Notes under the pieces: model-generated
Database searches by the model: none
Told to the model about the DNA's origin: nothing
Seen by the model: only the letters and a program-made list of their open reading frames with translations
DNA from: Podospora anserina
Lineage: Eukaryota
NCBI GenBank assembly: GCA_017654855.1
Contig: CM030337.1
Location: 3,410,001-3,474,000 of the forward strand
Length of the DNA: 64,000 bases
Direction: 5' to 3'
Shown here: piece after piece, positions 26,031-38,137 of the stretch
Layout: each line of letters starts with the position of its first letter
Position numbering within the stretch: the first letter of the stretch is position 1
Position numbers and translations under genes: made by a program

Positions 26031-28768
26031 TCATGCCGTCGGCCTCCCCGGACACAAATTCTGCGGCTTGATCCCCTCCCTCGGCGCACACAACCCCACA
26101 AAATCATGCTTCCTGCTCTTGGTCACAGCCTCATACCTCAGATCGCACCTCAACGCACCGTTAATCTTGACATCACTAGCAAAATGTGCGCAGGTGTCCA
26201 CTGCCGGCTTGCAAAGAGGAAGGCAGTACTTTGCCTCGGTCGCCTTGGGCCTCTCCCCATTGGCGCAGGCGACCTTGATAGGCTCACATATGGAGTTGCT
26301 TGGGCACTTGTCACCTGCTCCGCATGGCTCGAGGCCGGCTCTTTTGACGGCGAAGCCGGCTACGATGTCGCCTTCGTTGAAGATGGGGACACCGTCGGGG
26401 TCTTGGCCGGGGCCGCCTCGGGTAGTCGTGGTGTTGATGACTATTTGGGCGTCTTGAGCGGTGGGCCGGGTGGGAGCTGGGACAGGAGCAGGCTGGTTGG
26501 GCAATTTGGCGTATCCCGTCGAGTCGTCGACGCAAAGACTGGGGTCTGTCCAGGCAGCTTTGGCGACATCGCTCCACAGCTGTGTCATGTTGTAGATGTT
26601 GCGGACAGTGTAGAAAATGCGACAGTGGGCGGCCTCGTACTGGAACTGCCTCGGGACGTGCTCGGCGTTGGGATCCTTCTCCCAGTCAGACTTGAGGATC
26701 TCATCGCGGAGGTTAAGCCCGGCGTGGTGAACCCAGAGCCCGGTGTCTCTTGTTTCGTAGTCGATGGGAATGTTTGGGAGTGACGAGTTGTCCGGTAGGA
26801 GTTGGCCGGTGAACTGGAACATCCAGTCGAGAATATGGTTGGAGTAAGCGCGTGTGCCACGGCTTCCAGAGACAGCTTGCATCGGACCCGTCTCGGGACG
26901 GCCACCAGCGACGATGGTACGTACACCCGCTTGGGTCATGAACCCAACAAAGAGGGAGCAGGTGGACGAGCAGAGGCCATCAGTGAGAATGACGATGTCT
27001 TCGGGCTTCCACGCCTGCTTGGTGGTGACAGGATTGCCGCCATAGCCGTACGGGTCGTCTTCCGCCGTCTCGATGCTGAATGCCGAGTAAAGAACTTGAT
27101 CGTCGGAGAGGTTCAGCCTCTCGACCTTTGAGAACGTATCCTCGCGGTAGCTGGCCGATCCGGGACTGTACTGGGCCCAGTTGTCATACGTAGTGTTTGT
27201 GAGAGGGTTGATTTTGGTGGCGACGACAAACTCGTTGGCTGCCTCATCCCACTGATCAAACAGTTGCACATCGTCTTCGGGATCCAACCCTTTCCACCAC
27301 TCGGTAATGGTATCTCCCACCAAATCACCCAGAGGATGGCTTCGTCTGCGACTGCCAGCCCAGGTCCACGGCAGGGAATCAGGCTCCTGGGGGAAGAAAC
27401 GACGGAATGTGTCGAAGGCAAGGTTGGGGGATCCACCTCGGTTCTGTTGGAGATCGATGATGATCTTTTTCACGTTCCTGTCCTCCGCCTTGGTGATGAA
27501 CTCCTGGACTGTGTTGCTGAAATTCTTGGCCTCTTCGGGGAACTGCTCGAAGGTCGGGATGGAAAGAATTCCAACGTCATCCTGGAAGTAGCCGGTGACT
27601 ACTCCACCGCCAGAAATAGTGAGAAACGGCTGCGCAACTTCGGGCTTTGGGAATGCCTCGTCACTCTCTTCTAACCAGTCCGTATCGATCTTGATCTCGA
27701 TAAGTTTCAAGCCATCCTCTCCTTCAAAGTCAAAGACGAGACCGGAATCCGATGAGTCCTCGATGACTTCCACTGGCGGCGTTAAGCCGAGGACGAAATA
27801 GTTGTAAAAGTCCCCAGCAGTCTCGAGAGGTCCAGGGCTGTGGATTTGATTCAGGAGAGCGAGCCAGTTGTCGTTCCATTCGGTTCCATCCTCTAGCTTC
27901 ACGTTAAAAGTGTCGTCAAGTCCATTGCCTGGATAGAACAGGAGTTGACCGCCCAGAGTGCCGTAGAAGCCCTGGATATCGTTGGTGGGGTGCTCAAACA
28001 TGTCGTTCCAATCGGCATGACTTTCGAGATAGCCAAACGCGTTCCGGCTGGAGAACTGGGCAAGGAATTCAGTGGCATCAACACCATTGATGGTCGCCAC
28101 TGGAGACGGCTCTTCCGCCCAGCCGTTGTTCCGTGCTTTCACAATATCATCCTTCAGGTAAATTCTTGGTAGTGCTTTCCCATCCAGAGAGGCAGAGACG
28201 AAGTCGAAGGGGCTTGCAAAGCTGAAAGCGGCGGTGATGCCAATGTAGAGATTGACATGGTCGTCGTGGATGGCGTGGACGATGGAGTGGATGTCGTATT
28301 CGAAATCCAATTGTCTGGTGTACTGATCATCGAGGACCTTCTGCTTGACTCTCCCAAGTTCGGCAACCACGTCGACTGCTGGTTGTTGATACTCGGCAGG
28401 AGGAGACTCGAGGTAGGCCAACGTGCTTTGGAACTGCAAGGTGGTGTTGTAGTACTCGATGAAGCGGAGTCCAACGTCTTTGAGGAAGGGGACGGCGGTT
28501 AAACAAGAGTAGACGTCAGAGGCGTTGAATACGGGGAAGAACTCTGTGATGGCGTCAGTTTCGTCAACATAAATAACTGGGGAAATCCCTCACGTAGCTT
28601 GAGGTCCTCCTCAATGATATCGAAGAGCGCACCACATGGTCTGCCCGTATCGTTTGCCGCACGTCGATTGAGTAGACTCGGACGCGGTCCCGGCCTGGCA
28701 TTGACAGAGTCAAAAATGCCTGAAAGAACGAAGCTGCTCCAGAGGAGCAATCTGGGAACGAACGTCAT
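26031..28768 (-). CDS. Secreted peptidase S41 family (fungal CPAF-like) protein, 2 exons
   Basis: Signal-peptide exon 28499-28768. Motifs IIIDLQQNRGG, ILTDGLCSSTCSLF, GGRPETGPMQAVSGSRG and FQYEAAHCRIFYT. Confidence 0.9.
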
Positions 28769-29457
28769 GGCCGTGTAACAGACGCAAACAAAAGTCCTTC
28801 ACAGTCGCTGTCCACATCGTGGCAACGAGGGAGGCCCGTCCCTTTTGCTTAAATCCCATTCTTATTGCTCCCCTCCCGTCCCTCCTCGGCGCATCCTGCA
28901 GAGCCGCGAACACGAAAATAGTGTAAGGCAACCTCCAAAGAAAACATGCGGTTCTCGGAGTCGTAAAAATCAGCCAATCGCTTATGATCAGTCAGCTTTT
29001 AGCCCCCCAAAACCCCTCCAATTTCCCTCGACCTATTTGGCAGGTACCGCTGACCAGTTACCTTCTTGCTGCAGATAGCAGGTTCCTGCCTAGCTCAATG
29101 AAACGGCGCCAAGGCGTGAGGGCTTTTGGGGGCTGAGTGGATCGGTACCATGCATTAGCGTATTCAATGTTACCTTGATCCCTTATTTGGGCAGGTGCAC
29201 CGTGTGTGCTATATGTTCATTGGAAAGCGACGGCCAGCCTCACCTTGGCACTCTTATTCTATCCGGTGTCAGATTTTAGACGCAGGAAGCTGCATGAAGA
29301 TGGCTTGCCTGATATTGTGATGGCCATGCAGCAAGCCATTCCTTCCACCTCCCCCGCTCGATGGCCAAGAACACTATTTGATGCTGGTGATATCCACCCC
29401 ACTTTCGCACAGGTCCATCACACCATTTGCTATCCGTACACTCATTATCTTATTAGA

Positions 29458-31109
29458 ATGTCTTCACCTTCACAAGTTGTTGACGGGGTTATCATCTCGT
29501 CCAATCCTGCCGACTGCCTGGGACCGCCGGCACCATGGTTTTTTGACTATATTTTTGACAGCTTGGAGTATGATCGCTGGGTCAAGAGCGTTCCTTCTCG
29601 CCTTCTGAGGCTGGTAGGTGGCCCAGGATCCGGCAAGACTTCGTTCGCCGCACTGGCAGTAAACCGTCTCCGACAGAATGACCAAGCCCATCATAACCAT
29701 CAAAAGCCGCCTCTTGTCTTGTCAGTATTTCTCAAGCCCCTCACTGTTCGTGATGCCAGCGCAGCGGTTCACCAGGAACAAAACGCCATTCCATTCGGCG
29801 TTCAATTCTTGGCGGAGATTGAGAAACAAATCGATGCCAAGATTGGTGTCAACAGCGATCTTTCTCCACCTCCCTCCCCTCAGACTCAGATCGACGGTAC
29901 AGCACTTCTCAACAGTATCAGATTCAAGCTCTTCCGACTCTCAGACGTCTGGCTTGTGGTGGACGACCTCGACTGTCTGTGGCCTATCAGGAAAGAATAT
30001 CTCGAAGTGGAAGAACGACTGGAGCAACTTCGTGGCATTGGCGTCAGAGTCCTCCTCACCTCTCGTACTCCTTTTCAACTCTCTACTCAGAAACCAATTT
30101 GCGACGTTTCTCTCGAGAATGAGTACGATCACGATGAAGAACAACATGAAGGTCGACCTGGTCTGATAGCGTGGTGGGAATGTAATTTGGACCACGATAG
30201 CACTGGAGGGCCCTTCTGGATCTGCCAGAAGTGCAAAGAGGCTGGATATGCTTGTGGGAATGAGTGAGATATCTTCAGCTCCGTCACATCGATTTGCATT
30301 CACTCGCGCAAACCCCCGTCACTAACCCCTGCCACAGATCACATTCTCCCCCAGAACTCACCAGCAACCCATTTCCCGTGACATTCGATATTAGCAACGC
30401 CCCCGAGCCCAGCATGAAGTCCTTGATCATCCACAACCTCCAGCTCGAACACGGACGATTCTGGCCGCTCGAACCTCCCTTCAGATCTCACCAAGATGAA
30501 TACCCTCCCTTATCCTGCCTTGGCAGACGCTTGATATCCGGTAGTACCACGGAAGAACCCTCAAGAGAGGCCGTCGACTTTGTGGTCAAGTTGGTCCAGC
30601 TTTCTTACGGCAACCCCAGCATGGCCTTGCTTCTGCTGGAGACAATCCACCAGGCCGAGACCCTTGATGCGGCGATGGCCAAAAGTGACAGGTTCCCGAA
30701 GAGCGTCGTGGAGATGTTTGACCGGTTGATAGATGCGCAAATACGAAGTCGGTTACTGGACAAGACGTCGCCAAGAGAGGTGAGGGCCAGGGCAACGCTG
30801 GCGTTGCATGCCATCCGAATTGTGGGCAACGCAGAGAAAGGCCTCAAGTTTTCCGGTGTTGAATTTGAGAGTCTTAAGATGAGGCTTCTGGAAGAAAGTG
30901 ACAGATGTGGAAGTCATGGATTTGAAGACCTACTCGATTCTGAAGACTTTGAAGTTGTTGACGAGGTAATTGGCGCTGCAGGGGGCCTGTTGGCAGTTGA
31001 AACGATGGGCACTCGGTACTATGTGAGATGCTTTCATCCTGACTTCTACAACTACGTCAAGGAACGGTATAATGAGTTTGTGTCTGAGTGGGAATGTGAG
31101 AAGGAGTAA
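29458..31109 (+). CDS. NACHT-like P-loop NTPase with inserted Cys/His (ZZ-like) module; no effector or repeat domain, 2 exons
   Basis: Walker A LVGGPGSGKT, Walker B WLVVDDLD, sensor VLLTSR. Then C..WWECNLDH..FWICQKCKEAGYACGNESH across intron 30264-30337. Ends with winged-helix-type VRCFHPDFYNYV. Confidence 0.78.
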
Positions 31110-31437
31110 GAGAGTAACACGGACGTGCCTGATGCTTTCACAAGCTTCCAAGAAATGCAATATCCGTACCGTTTCAAATCTATGACAAGAAAATGAAACT
31201 GAGATACACGTCTTTCGTTACACTGGGAATCCAGGAACATGCTAGATTCTTGAGGCGACACAAGTCTACCTCTCTCGGCCCCCACAACCACCCCCTTTCC
31301 CCCGCTTTGGTACTGGCCGCCAATCAGCTTCTGTCAGCTTACCTTACCTTAGGCAGCCGTTTTCACAGTCTCATCCCACCCCATCCATCGCTTCCACTTC
31401 TTCCACTGAGCATACACATCTTTGGGTAAGGGACGCA

Positions 31438-33675
31438 ATGCTTTGCAAATTTTGCCAACAGACAATTTTCGCATCCAGACGCCGATGGGGACTTCACAGA
31501 AAGGATTACAGGGACGTCGATAAGGACCCAGAACTGGAGAAATGCACTGTTTGCTCCCACCTTGGCAAGAATGTCGATGTGGACTGCGCATATCGATGGA
31601 CTATCAGGTGGCTATCGGCTACAAGAGAAGACCAAAAGTGCATGCTCATAACCTTCCGTCAAAGCGACAATCATCTTTCGGGCCCGCAGGCGGAAAATCA
31701 CGGGGACACCAGCCATTCCACGGGACATTTTAAGGGTTCAGTGGCATTCTATCTCCTCCAGAAAGGCATGTCCCCGCCATCATCCATCAAGACTCCTCGT
31801 TGACCGGTTCACAGACACAATCACACCAGCAACCACCCTCCCGAAGACCACAAACATAACCCCCTCTGGATCTCTTCCCCAGATCCAATCCTGGATACAC
31901 GAATGCTCCACCTCCCACGAAAGATGCCAAGCCATTCAATCCTCCACCTCTTCCTCGTGGCTCCCGACTCGCCTGATCGACGTATCCAACCCATCCAAAA
32001 TTCACATCATCACCACCAGCCCCTCCATGAAGGAACGCTACACCACGCTGTCACATTGTTGGGGCAGGATCGAAATCATCAAGCTGATCCAGGCCAACTA
32101 TGCCCAACTCACCGACCCGTCCGTTGGCGTGAACTGGGACAAGCTCACCAAGACCTTCCAAGACGCCATCACCGTGACCAGGGCCCTCGGGGTCAAGTAC
32201 ATCTGGATCGACTCACTCTGTATCGTCCAGTGGGATGGCGAGAAGGCGCCTGGGGATTTCAAGACAGAGGGGCAGCTGATGCATCTTGTGTATAGGAATA
32301 GCTTCCTCAACCTTGCCGGCGCTGACTCCAAGGATGGAAGCCAGGGGCTCTTCAGGTCGTACGAAAAGAACCCCAGACAGAGGGTGTTGCATGAACCTGT
32401 CAAGATCGAGGGTGGGCGTGGGATAGCGGGGGAGTGGTACATCCTCCCAAAAGACTACTGGCGCCACGAGCTACTCGACAAAATCCTTTACACCAGAGGC
32501 TGGGTCTTCCAAGGTACGCTCCTTTCCCCGTCCATACCTTCTCATTCATCCCAACGAAACTAACCCCCCTTTTCTCAGAGCGCATGCTCGCTCCCCGAAT
32601 CCTCCACTTCTCCACCCATCAACTCCTCTGGGACTGCGCAACCCTCTCCGCTTCCGAGTCCCTCCCCCAAGGCCTCCCCCGACAAATCGACACCATCTCC
32701 GCCACCGAACGCCACTGGCGAGAGCGCCTCCTCCTCATGCGATCAACCCCCGCTAATCAGCCCGCTCTTATTAGAGCCGGAACAGCAGATGACTCCCTCG
32801 AAACCTTCTGGATAGATTCTGTCAGAAATTACACCCGTTGCGAACTAACAAACTACATCTCCGACCGCCTCCAAGCCATATGGGGCGTCGCAAAGGTTGT
32901 GCGGGACGGGCTAAGGGAAGAGGGCTCTTGGGATGAGAACGACCACCAAGAGGAGGAGTACGCCGCTGGTTTGTGGAGCAAGAATTTGTACCTTCAGTTA
33001 GCATGGAGGGTGGTTAACCCGAGGTTGAGGGAGGAGACGAGATTGCCTGGGTTGCAGGGGATACACCCCAGTTGGTCGTGGGCGTCGACTATAGGGGAGA
33101 TTTCTCTCCAATCGAGGCTTCGGCTGGCGGGGACTTGGTACCGGGTTAGGCACCATGACGGGGGGGAGGTTAGGTTTGAGGTGAAGTGTCTTGGTGATGT
33201 GGAGGGGAGTCCGGAGTTGGCGGCTAGAGGGGTGGAGCCGAAGAGGGATCACCAGCCTGAGTTGGTTGGTAAGAAGCTTGCGGTCAGGGGGGTGACGGTG
33301 AGGGGGTGCTGGGATCAAAAGACACAAGGGGTTCGGGTATCAGTGGTGGATGTGGCAGTGGTGAAGAGATTTGACTTTTTCCCGGATGTCGTCTTGGAGG
33401 AGGGGAGGGAGGTGTATTTGCTCGTGCTATCGGCGCATGAAACGGACGAGCATGGGCAATTGGTGATGGTGGATGATTCGGCTTCTGGATCTGAAGTGTC
33501 ATGGAGGAAGCCAAAGGTGACGTATAATTCTGGGACCGGGCTGATGCTAGAAGGGGGTGGGGGCGTTGAAAATGAGTATAAGCGCATTGGAGCGTTCCGT
33601 TTCCAGGGGCTGGGGAAAGATGATATGAGGGTCCTAGTCGACGAGACGGGAGTCAAGAATATTTGGGTTCTGTGA
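31438..33675 (+). CDS. HET domain (PF06985-type) heterokaryon-incompatibility-like protein, 3 exons
   Basis: Motifs LPTRLIDV, YTTLSHCWG, TFQDAI, YIWIDSLCIVQ, MHLVYRNS, RGWVFQER and PSWSWAS. Introns 31766-31814 (GC-AG) and ~32514-32578. Confidence 0.92.
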
Positions 33676-33899
33676 AGCTGATAATTGACGACCTAAGGTT
33701 TTACATTAACTCAGAAAGAATGACCATTCGCATGTTCCTACACTCCACTGACCAGCACATCAGACATTTCACAAATGTTATCCTCTATCTGCGACCCTGT
33801 GCCAGTTTCAGATCAGGCACGGCACCTATTGGTGCATTTCTCACCCATTATGCACCGCCTAAAGCAACCTAAGATGTCGCTATGTATCTAGCCTCTCAG

Positions 33900-34461
33900 G
33901 TTCAGCAGGGAGGAAACTATCCTTCCTCTAGAATACCTAGCGAACGAGCCACGGCAGCTGAGTTTGCAACACATCGCTCTTGGCCTCATCCACTGTGGGA
34001 TGCAAAAGCCGACGATAATGATCCTTAAAATCGCCATCCCCGTGTCGAGTGGGTGTTAAACGCAACAGAGTTGCCAGTTCGGCATCCAAACGATCCAGTC
34101 ATATCGGTGATAGTCATCAATCTCCGAGCGGCTTCTAGACCATGGGTGGATCGCAGTTGTGCCGGAGTTCGCGCACGCCACCCAGCAAGGGTTCGGCGTA
34201 TTGGCAGACCTTACTATCAGGCGAGCCTTGAGCTTCAGGTGTATGCTGGACCACTTCGGCGAGTCGGATGAGGCCGATGGCGTGCTTCAAACCTACGGCT
34301 GTAAACGTTCTACAGGCTCGGTTGCCGAGGTAGGAATTGACGTAGTCGTCCATAGGCTTGCAGGTGAGATGAATGGCCTGGGCATCGGGTAGCTCGAGGT
34401 GGTCGAGGATGTTATCCAGTACGATAGTGGTGCTTGTCAGGAGCAGCAATGAGTGCGTCAT
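33900..34461 (-). pseudogene. Truncated third member of the F-box-like family
   Basis: MTHSLLLLTSTTIVLDNILDHLELPDAQAIHLTCKPMDDYVNSYLGNRACRTFTAVGLKHAIGLIRL aligns with the N-terminus of the 22259 gene. It stops after 108 aa. Confidence 0.6.
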
Positions 34462-35016
34462 GGTTGCGCTGATAAGCTCGAGCTGACTTGTTGACGTAAT
34501 GTGAAATCTTTTCGTAGGAAGCTGCGGTTCAAGGCGAAAGAATTGTGGGCGCAGGCAAAAGTAGATGAGGCCTCAAAGCGCCGGTATGGATGCTGGGAAG
34601 GGGGCAACGAAGTTTAATTGAAGATCGTATTCGACAGAATTTATTTTGGTAGTAACTGACACGTACCTGATGACGACCTCCTTTGTCAACCATCTAGCTG
34701 AGATTTCTTGAAAAGTGGAGGAGTTACAAATGGCGGCGTTTGCTTGGAAAAGATTCTCCAGCGGCAGGGTGGTGGGGGTCCTCGCCGGAGCAACAAGAGG
34801 CGACAGAAAGCGCACGGTAGACGGAGCACGCCCAAGCTTTCGACACCCACTTCCCCTCTTTTTTCTTTCCAGCTGGTGGTTGAATTGAAGAAGAAATCAA
34901 ATGTCAGGTAATGTAATGACCCAAGCTCCCCTGCTGGAGAGTGTACTCTTCCACATTGAACACTTTAGGAAGTTTTGCTTATTAAAGTAGACTTTCTGTG
35001 CATTGACGCGCCAAAT

Positions 35017-35687
35017 TACTTAGGTAGTCGGTCTCTAAAAACTTTTTTGCCTCGTCCAAGAACGGTTAGCCCAAAATCAGGCTCGCTTCATCCTCGGCTT
35101 ACCTTAAGCTTACTACCGCTCACCCTACGCTCGCTATTCTCCAAAATCGACAACTTTACGCGACGCTCTTATAGTCCAAATTTAAAGCCTCCCTCTCCTA
35201 CAGGGACGAATCTTCCGCCAAAACGGGGACCAAGAAATAGGCTCGCCAGCGTATTTACTCTCCGTTTTAGGGGACTCTAGGTTGTGATAGCTATTTTAAC
35301 ATAACAAAATCCGTCACTCCCTACCTGCCTGCTGCGCGACTTTTCTTTTTAAGAAATAGGCTCGCCAGTATATTACTCTCCGTTTTAGGGGAGTCTCGGT
35401 CGTACCTATTTTAGTATAAAAAAATCCGTTACTCCTTACCTACCTATTGCGCGACTTTTTTTCTTTTAATTCTAGTTACATAGAGAGGCCATTCCATTCG
35501 TCTTGCTACCTACTAAACGACTCTTCTCTCCTATCTCCCCGTATCTATATTATTATTATAAAACTTTTCTTTATATACTTTATCGTTATTAGCGCTATAT
35601 TTTCGCTGTACTAGCTCTTTACTATACCTTTTATAATGCCGAGAAAGAAGAGCTTTTAAGAGTTCTTTTGCCGGGGAAAAGATAGGG
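35017..35687 (+). mobile_element. RIP-mutated 5' end of a putative DNA transposon, copy 1
   Basis: Homologous to 46192-46786 starting sharply at TA-C(C/T)T(G/A)GGTAGTCGGTCTCTAAAA. Contains ATGCCGAGAAAGAAGAGC (MPRKKS) at 35636. Many C>T and G>A changes relative to copy 2. Confidence 0.6.
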
Positions 35688-36136
35688 TGTCACAGTTAAC
35701 CCAACAGCAGGCCGCGCCCCATGTGGGGCGCAGGACGTCCCCAGCCAATCACTAAGGAAGTCAGGAAACAGCTTATCAGGGTTGGACAAAAGTGCTATGG
35801 CACCAAGACTCACGAGCACTCTGCAAGATACAAGATGCTAAGGATGATCGGAGGCATAGCACGACGAGCACATTATAGGATGCAATGTGCTAAGGGTGAT
35901 CGGGGCCGTAGCAGGGCGAGCACTTTAAGGTCTCAAGGTCTATATATACGGAGGAACTGGCTAGTGTAGATAAACAGTTCCACAGTATGCAATACAAGTT
36001 ACAATGGTTGGTATCTTAGCTATTGTGATCGAGATAAGCCATTTGTTATACACTGTCTAGCTGTACCGAACCAGGATTGTTCAGAAGTGCTTTAACTAGT
36101 GTCCCTTTTAGAGGTTCTGGATAAGGGTTCGTCACA
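35688..36136 (+). mobile_element. Solo LTR A (449 bp)
   Basis: TGTCACA...GTCACA termini, CCAAT boxes and TATATATACGGAGGAACT core. Full-length inverted homolog at 54685-55136. No matching TSD (TAGGG/CTTTA). Confidence 0.9.
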
Positions 36137-36480
36137 CTTTACTCTTATCGATTTTACTCTCGTAATCCTAATTATCTTTATATTAATTAAGCTACGATAT
36201 AAGCCAGAATCTAGTTCCGGTATTATATAGCGCATTTATATTAATTAAAGGTATAAGCCGTTAATAAATAGAATAAAGCGCGGAAGCTATTAAGGCCTTA
36301 CCTCATTCGATAACGGATGCTTAAGGTAATCGTAAAATTACGCCTCGTTTAGTAAAGCCAAATATAATTAAGGAGCCCTTAAATATAAAAATATATAAAC
36401 TTTTTAAAGTAGTATCGTCCTAAAAAGAATATAAACTTCTTTATTACTAAGCTAAATAAAAGAAACTTGGATAAGTGGAT
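36137..36480. repeat. AT-rich RIP-degenerate repeat relic
   Basis: Strong TpA excess and CpA/TpG depletion next to the LTR. Confidence 0.55.
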
Positions 36481-36798
36481 TATACAAGAGACATAGAGTT
36501 AACTACTGTTTCCACGTACCGGTCTATCGGTCCTCTTCTAATTAGTTAGCTATATGGATTATCTCTTCTCATAATACCTCTTCTAATTCGCCCATACTGT
36601 GCCTACGTCTGTCCGTATTCATGGTCATGACATAATAGGACCGTAGGTCAGATAATGAGTCATACGCTCCTTAACATCCTTATGTTGTAGCGGATAATGC
36701 ATCAAGAGAAGAAGAGAATCCACGAAAGAAATAACCTTAAGAATCCAGAAGCGTAGTTTCATCCACAATCGCCTACAGAATTGTTATGTATTACCAAT

Positions 36799-37037
36799 AG
36801 AAGCCAGTTATGACTTCAGTAGAGGCAGCGATTTCTTATGTTGCCTAGGTCAAAACGTAGAAGCTGTTTTTGGCTCCAGCAAAGGCAGACTATCACTGCT
36901 TACACAAATAAAATAAAAAAAGCCGTTTCTGGCTTTAGTAGAGGCTGAGATCTCATGTCATGATCCTAACGCTGCCTTAGGCTTAATGGTTTGCGTTGTA
37001 ATCATATGGAAGTTGTTTTTGGCTCTGCAAGGGGCAG
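36799..37037. repeat. Array of four ~30-bp degenerate motifs (AGAAGCYGTTTYTGGCTYYAGYAGAGGC) with non-repetitive spacers
   Basis: Copies at ~36799, 36859, 36918 and 37008. Units 2-3 plus their spacer recur at 51549-51647. Confidence 0.6.
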
Positions 37038-37239
37038 AAGTTCCTTTTTATAATATTTGTTAAGCCGATGGCTCTGCTCCAAAAATGGCTCTTGGAATCA
37101 AATAGATCTACTTAAAAGGTAGTATTCGATGGCTGGCGGCTCCGTAAAGCGGATAGCTATCTGTCGACGGGATTTGAGGATTTGATGAAGTAGTCGAAAT
37201 TTGAGAATGCAGTTCCTTGAAAAGCCACCTTGTGATTAC

Positions 37240-37581
37240 CTACTTCCTTGAGATCAATGTGATTTTCCCAATGTTCCCCTTCAGGAGGGGAAGGCTATCA
37301 CCTAGCGGAAATGCTCCCAACGAGAGCAGGTTCAGGCGGCAGAATTTGATCTGAGTGATTCCATGCAATTTGCGCATAGGCGACATTCTTGCTGCTCCAT
37401 TGTACAAGTACGCGGTGGTATCGTTGCGGGTGGTCTCGCATGTCCGACTAAGGGCAGGAATGTCTTTGCAGTGTAAGTTGGTAAGTATCTCGCACATCAC
37501 CAAGTAGGGCATGCCGACGATAGTCAGGGCTACGGGGACATTAAAAGGTCTCCCGGTTTTTACGATGGTAGCGTAACTCAT
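37240..37581 (-). pseudogene. Short F-box-like ORF, likely truncated
   Basis: GMPYLVMCEILTNLHCKDIPALSRTCETTR fits the F-box pattern. Only 113 aa. Confidence 0.45.
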
Positions 37582-38137
37582 GTTGCTGAGCGACGATCTT
37601 GTTTCAAGTTGATACTATGTTGCAATACCGAAGCAAGCTGAAAATTTGTGGTCGCGAAGTTGGTCTCAAAAGAAACACTAGAATTTCTGCGCTGTACCAA
37701 AGCCAAACGATGAGAGACCATGGTAAAATCCTGGGCGGCTGTAGCGTGTCGAGCGCTGGCAGAAAACATAGTTTCTAGGCAAGTCAGCTGTGAAGAATAG
37801 AATGGTATACTAACTAATCTTCCCAAACCGAGATTTCATCAACCAATTTGTGCTGTCCCTGACAATGGAAAAATTCCAATTCCAACAGTGGGCAAGGTTC
37901 GTGCTCAGCCTTGTGGGAGCATGTTGATGAGACAAGCGTGTAGGGCGGTTGGCAGCTGCCAATCAGCCGCAGTTTCAGGCAGCCAAGGCGAGGCGCGGCC
38001 GCAATTTATCCACAACAGTTAGTCCAAATAGCCAGATTGCACGTGCAAAGCCAATTTCAACGTCGCAACTCAACCTCCTCACACTCACCACTTTGCATCA
38101 ATTGACAAGGCCATCAACACCACCACCTCATGTCATT

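Noticed and set aside
26031-31109. S41 protease as part of the NACHT/HET module
   Set aside because: It has a signal peptide and is probably secreted. Only adjacency supports a link.
36799-37037. CRISPR array
   Set aside because: Eukaryotic context, degenerate repeats, uneven spacers and no cas genes.
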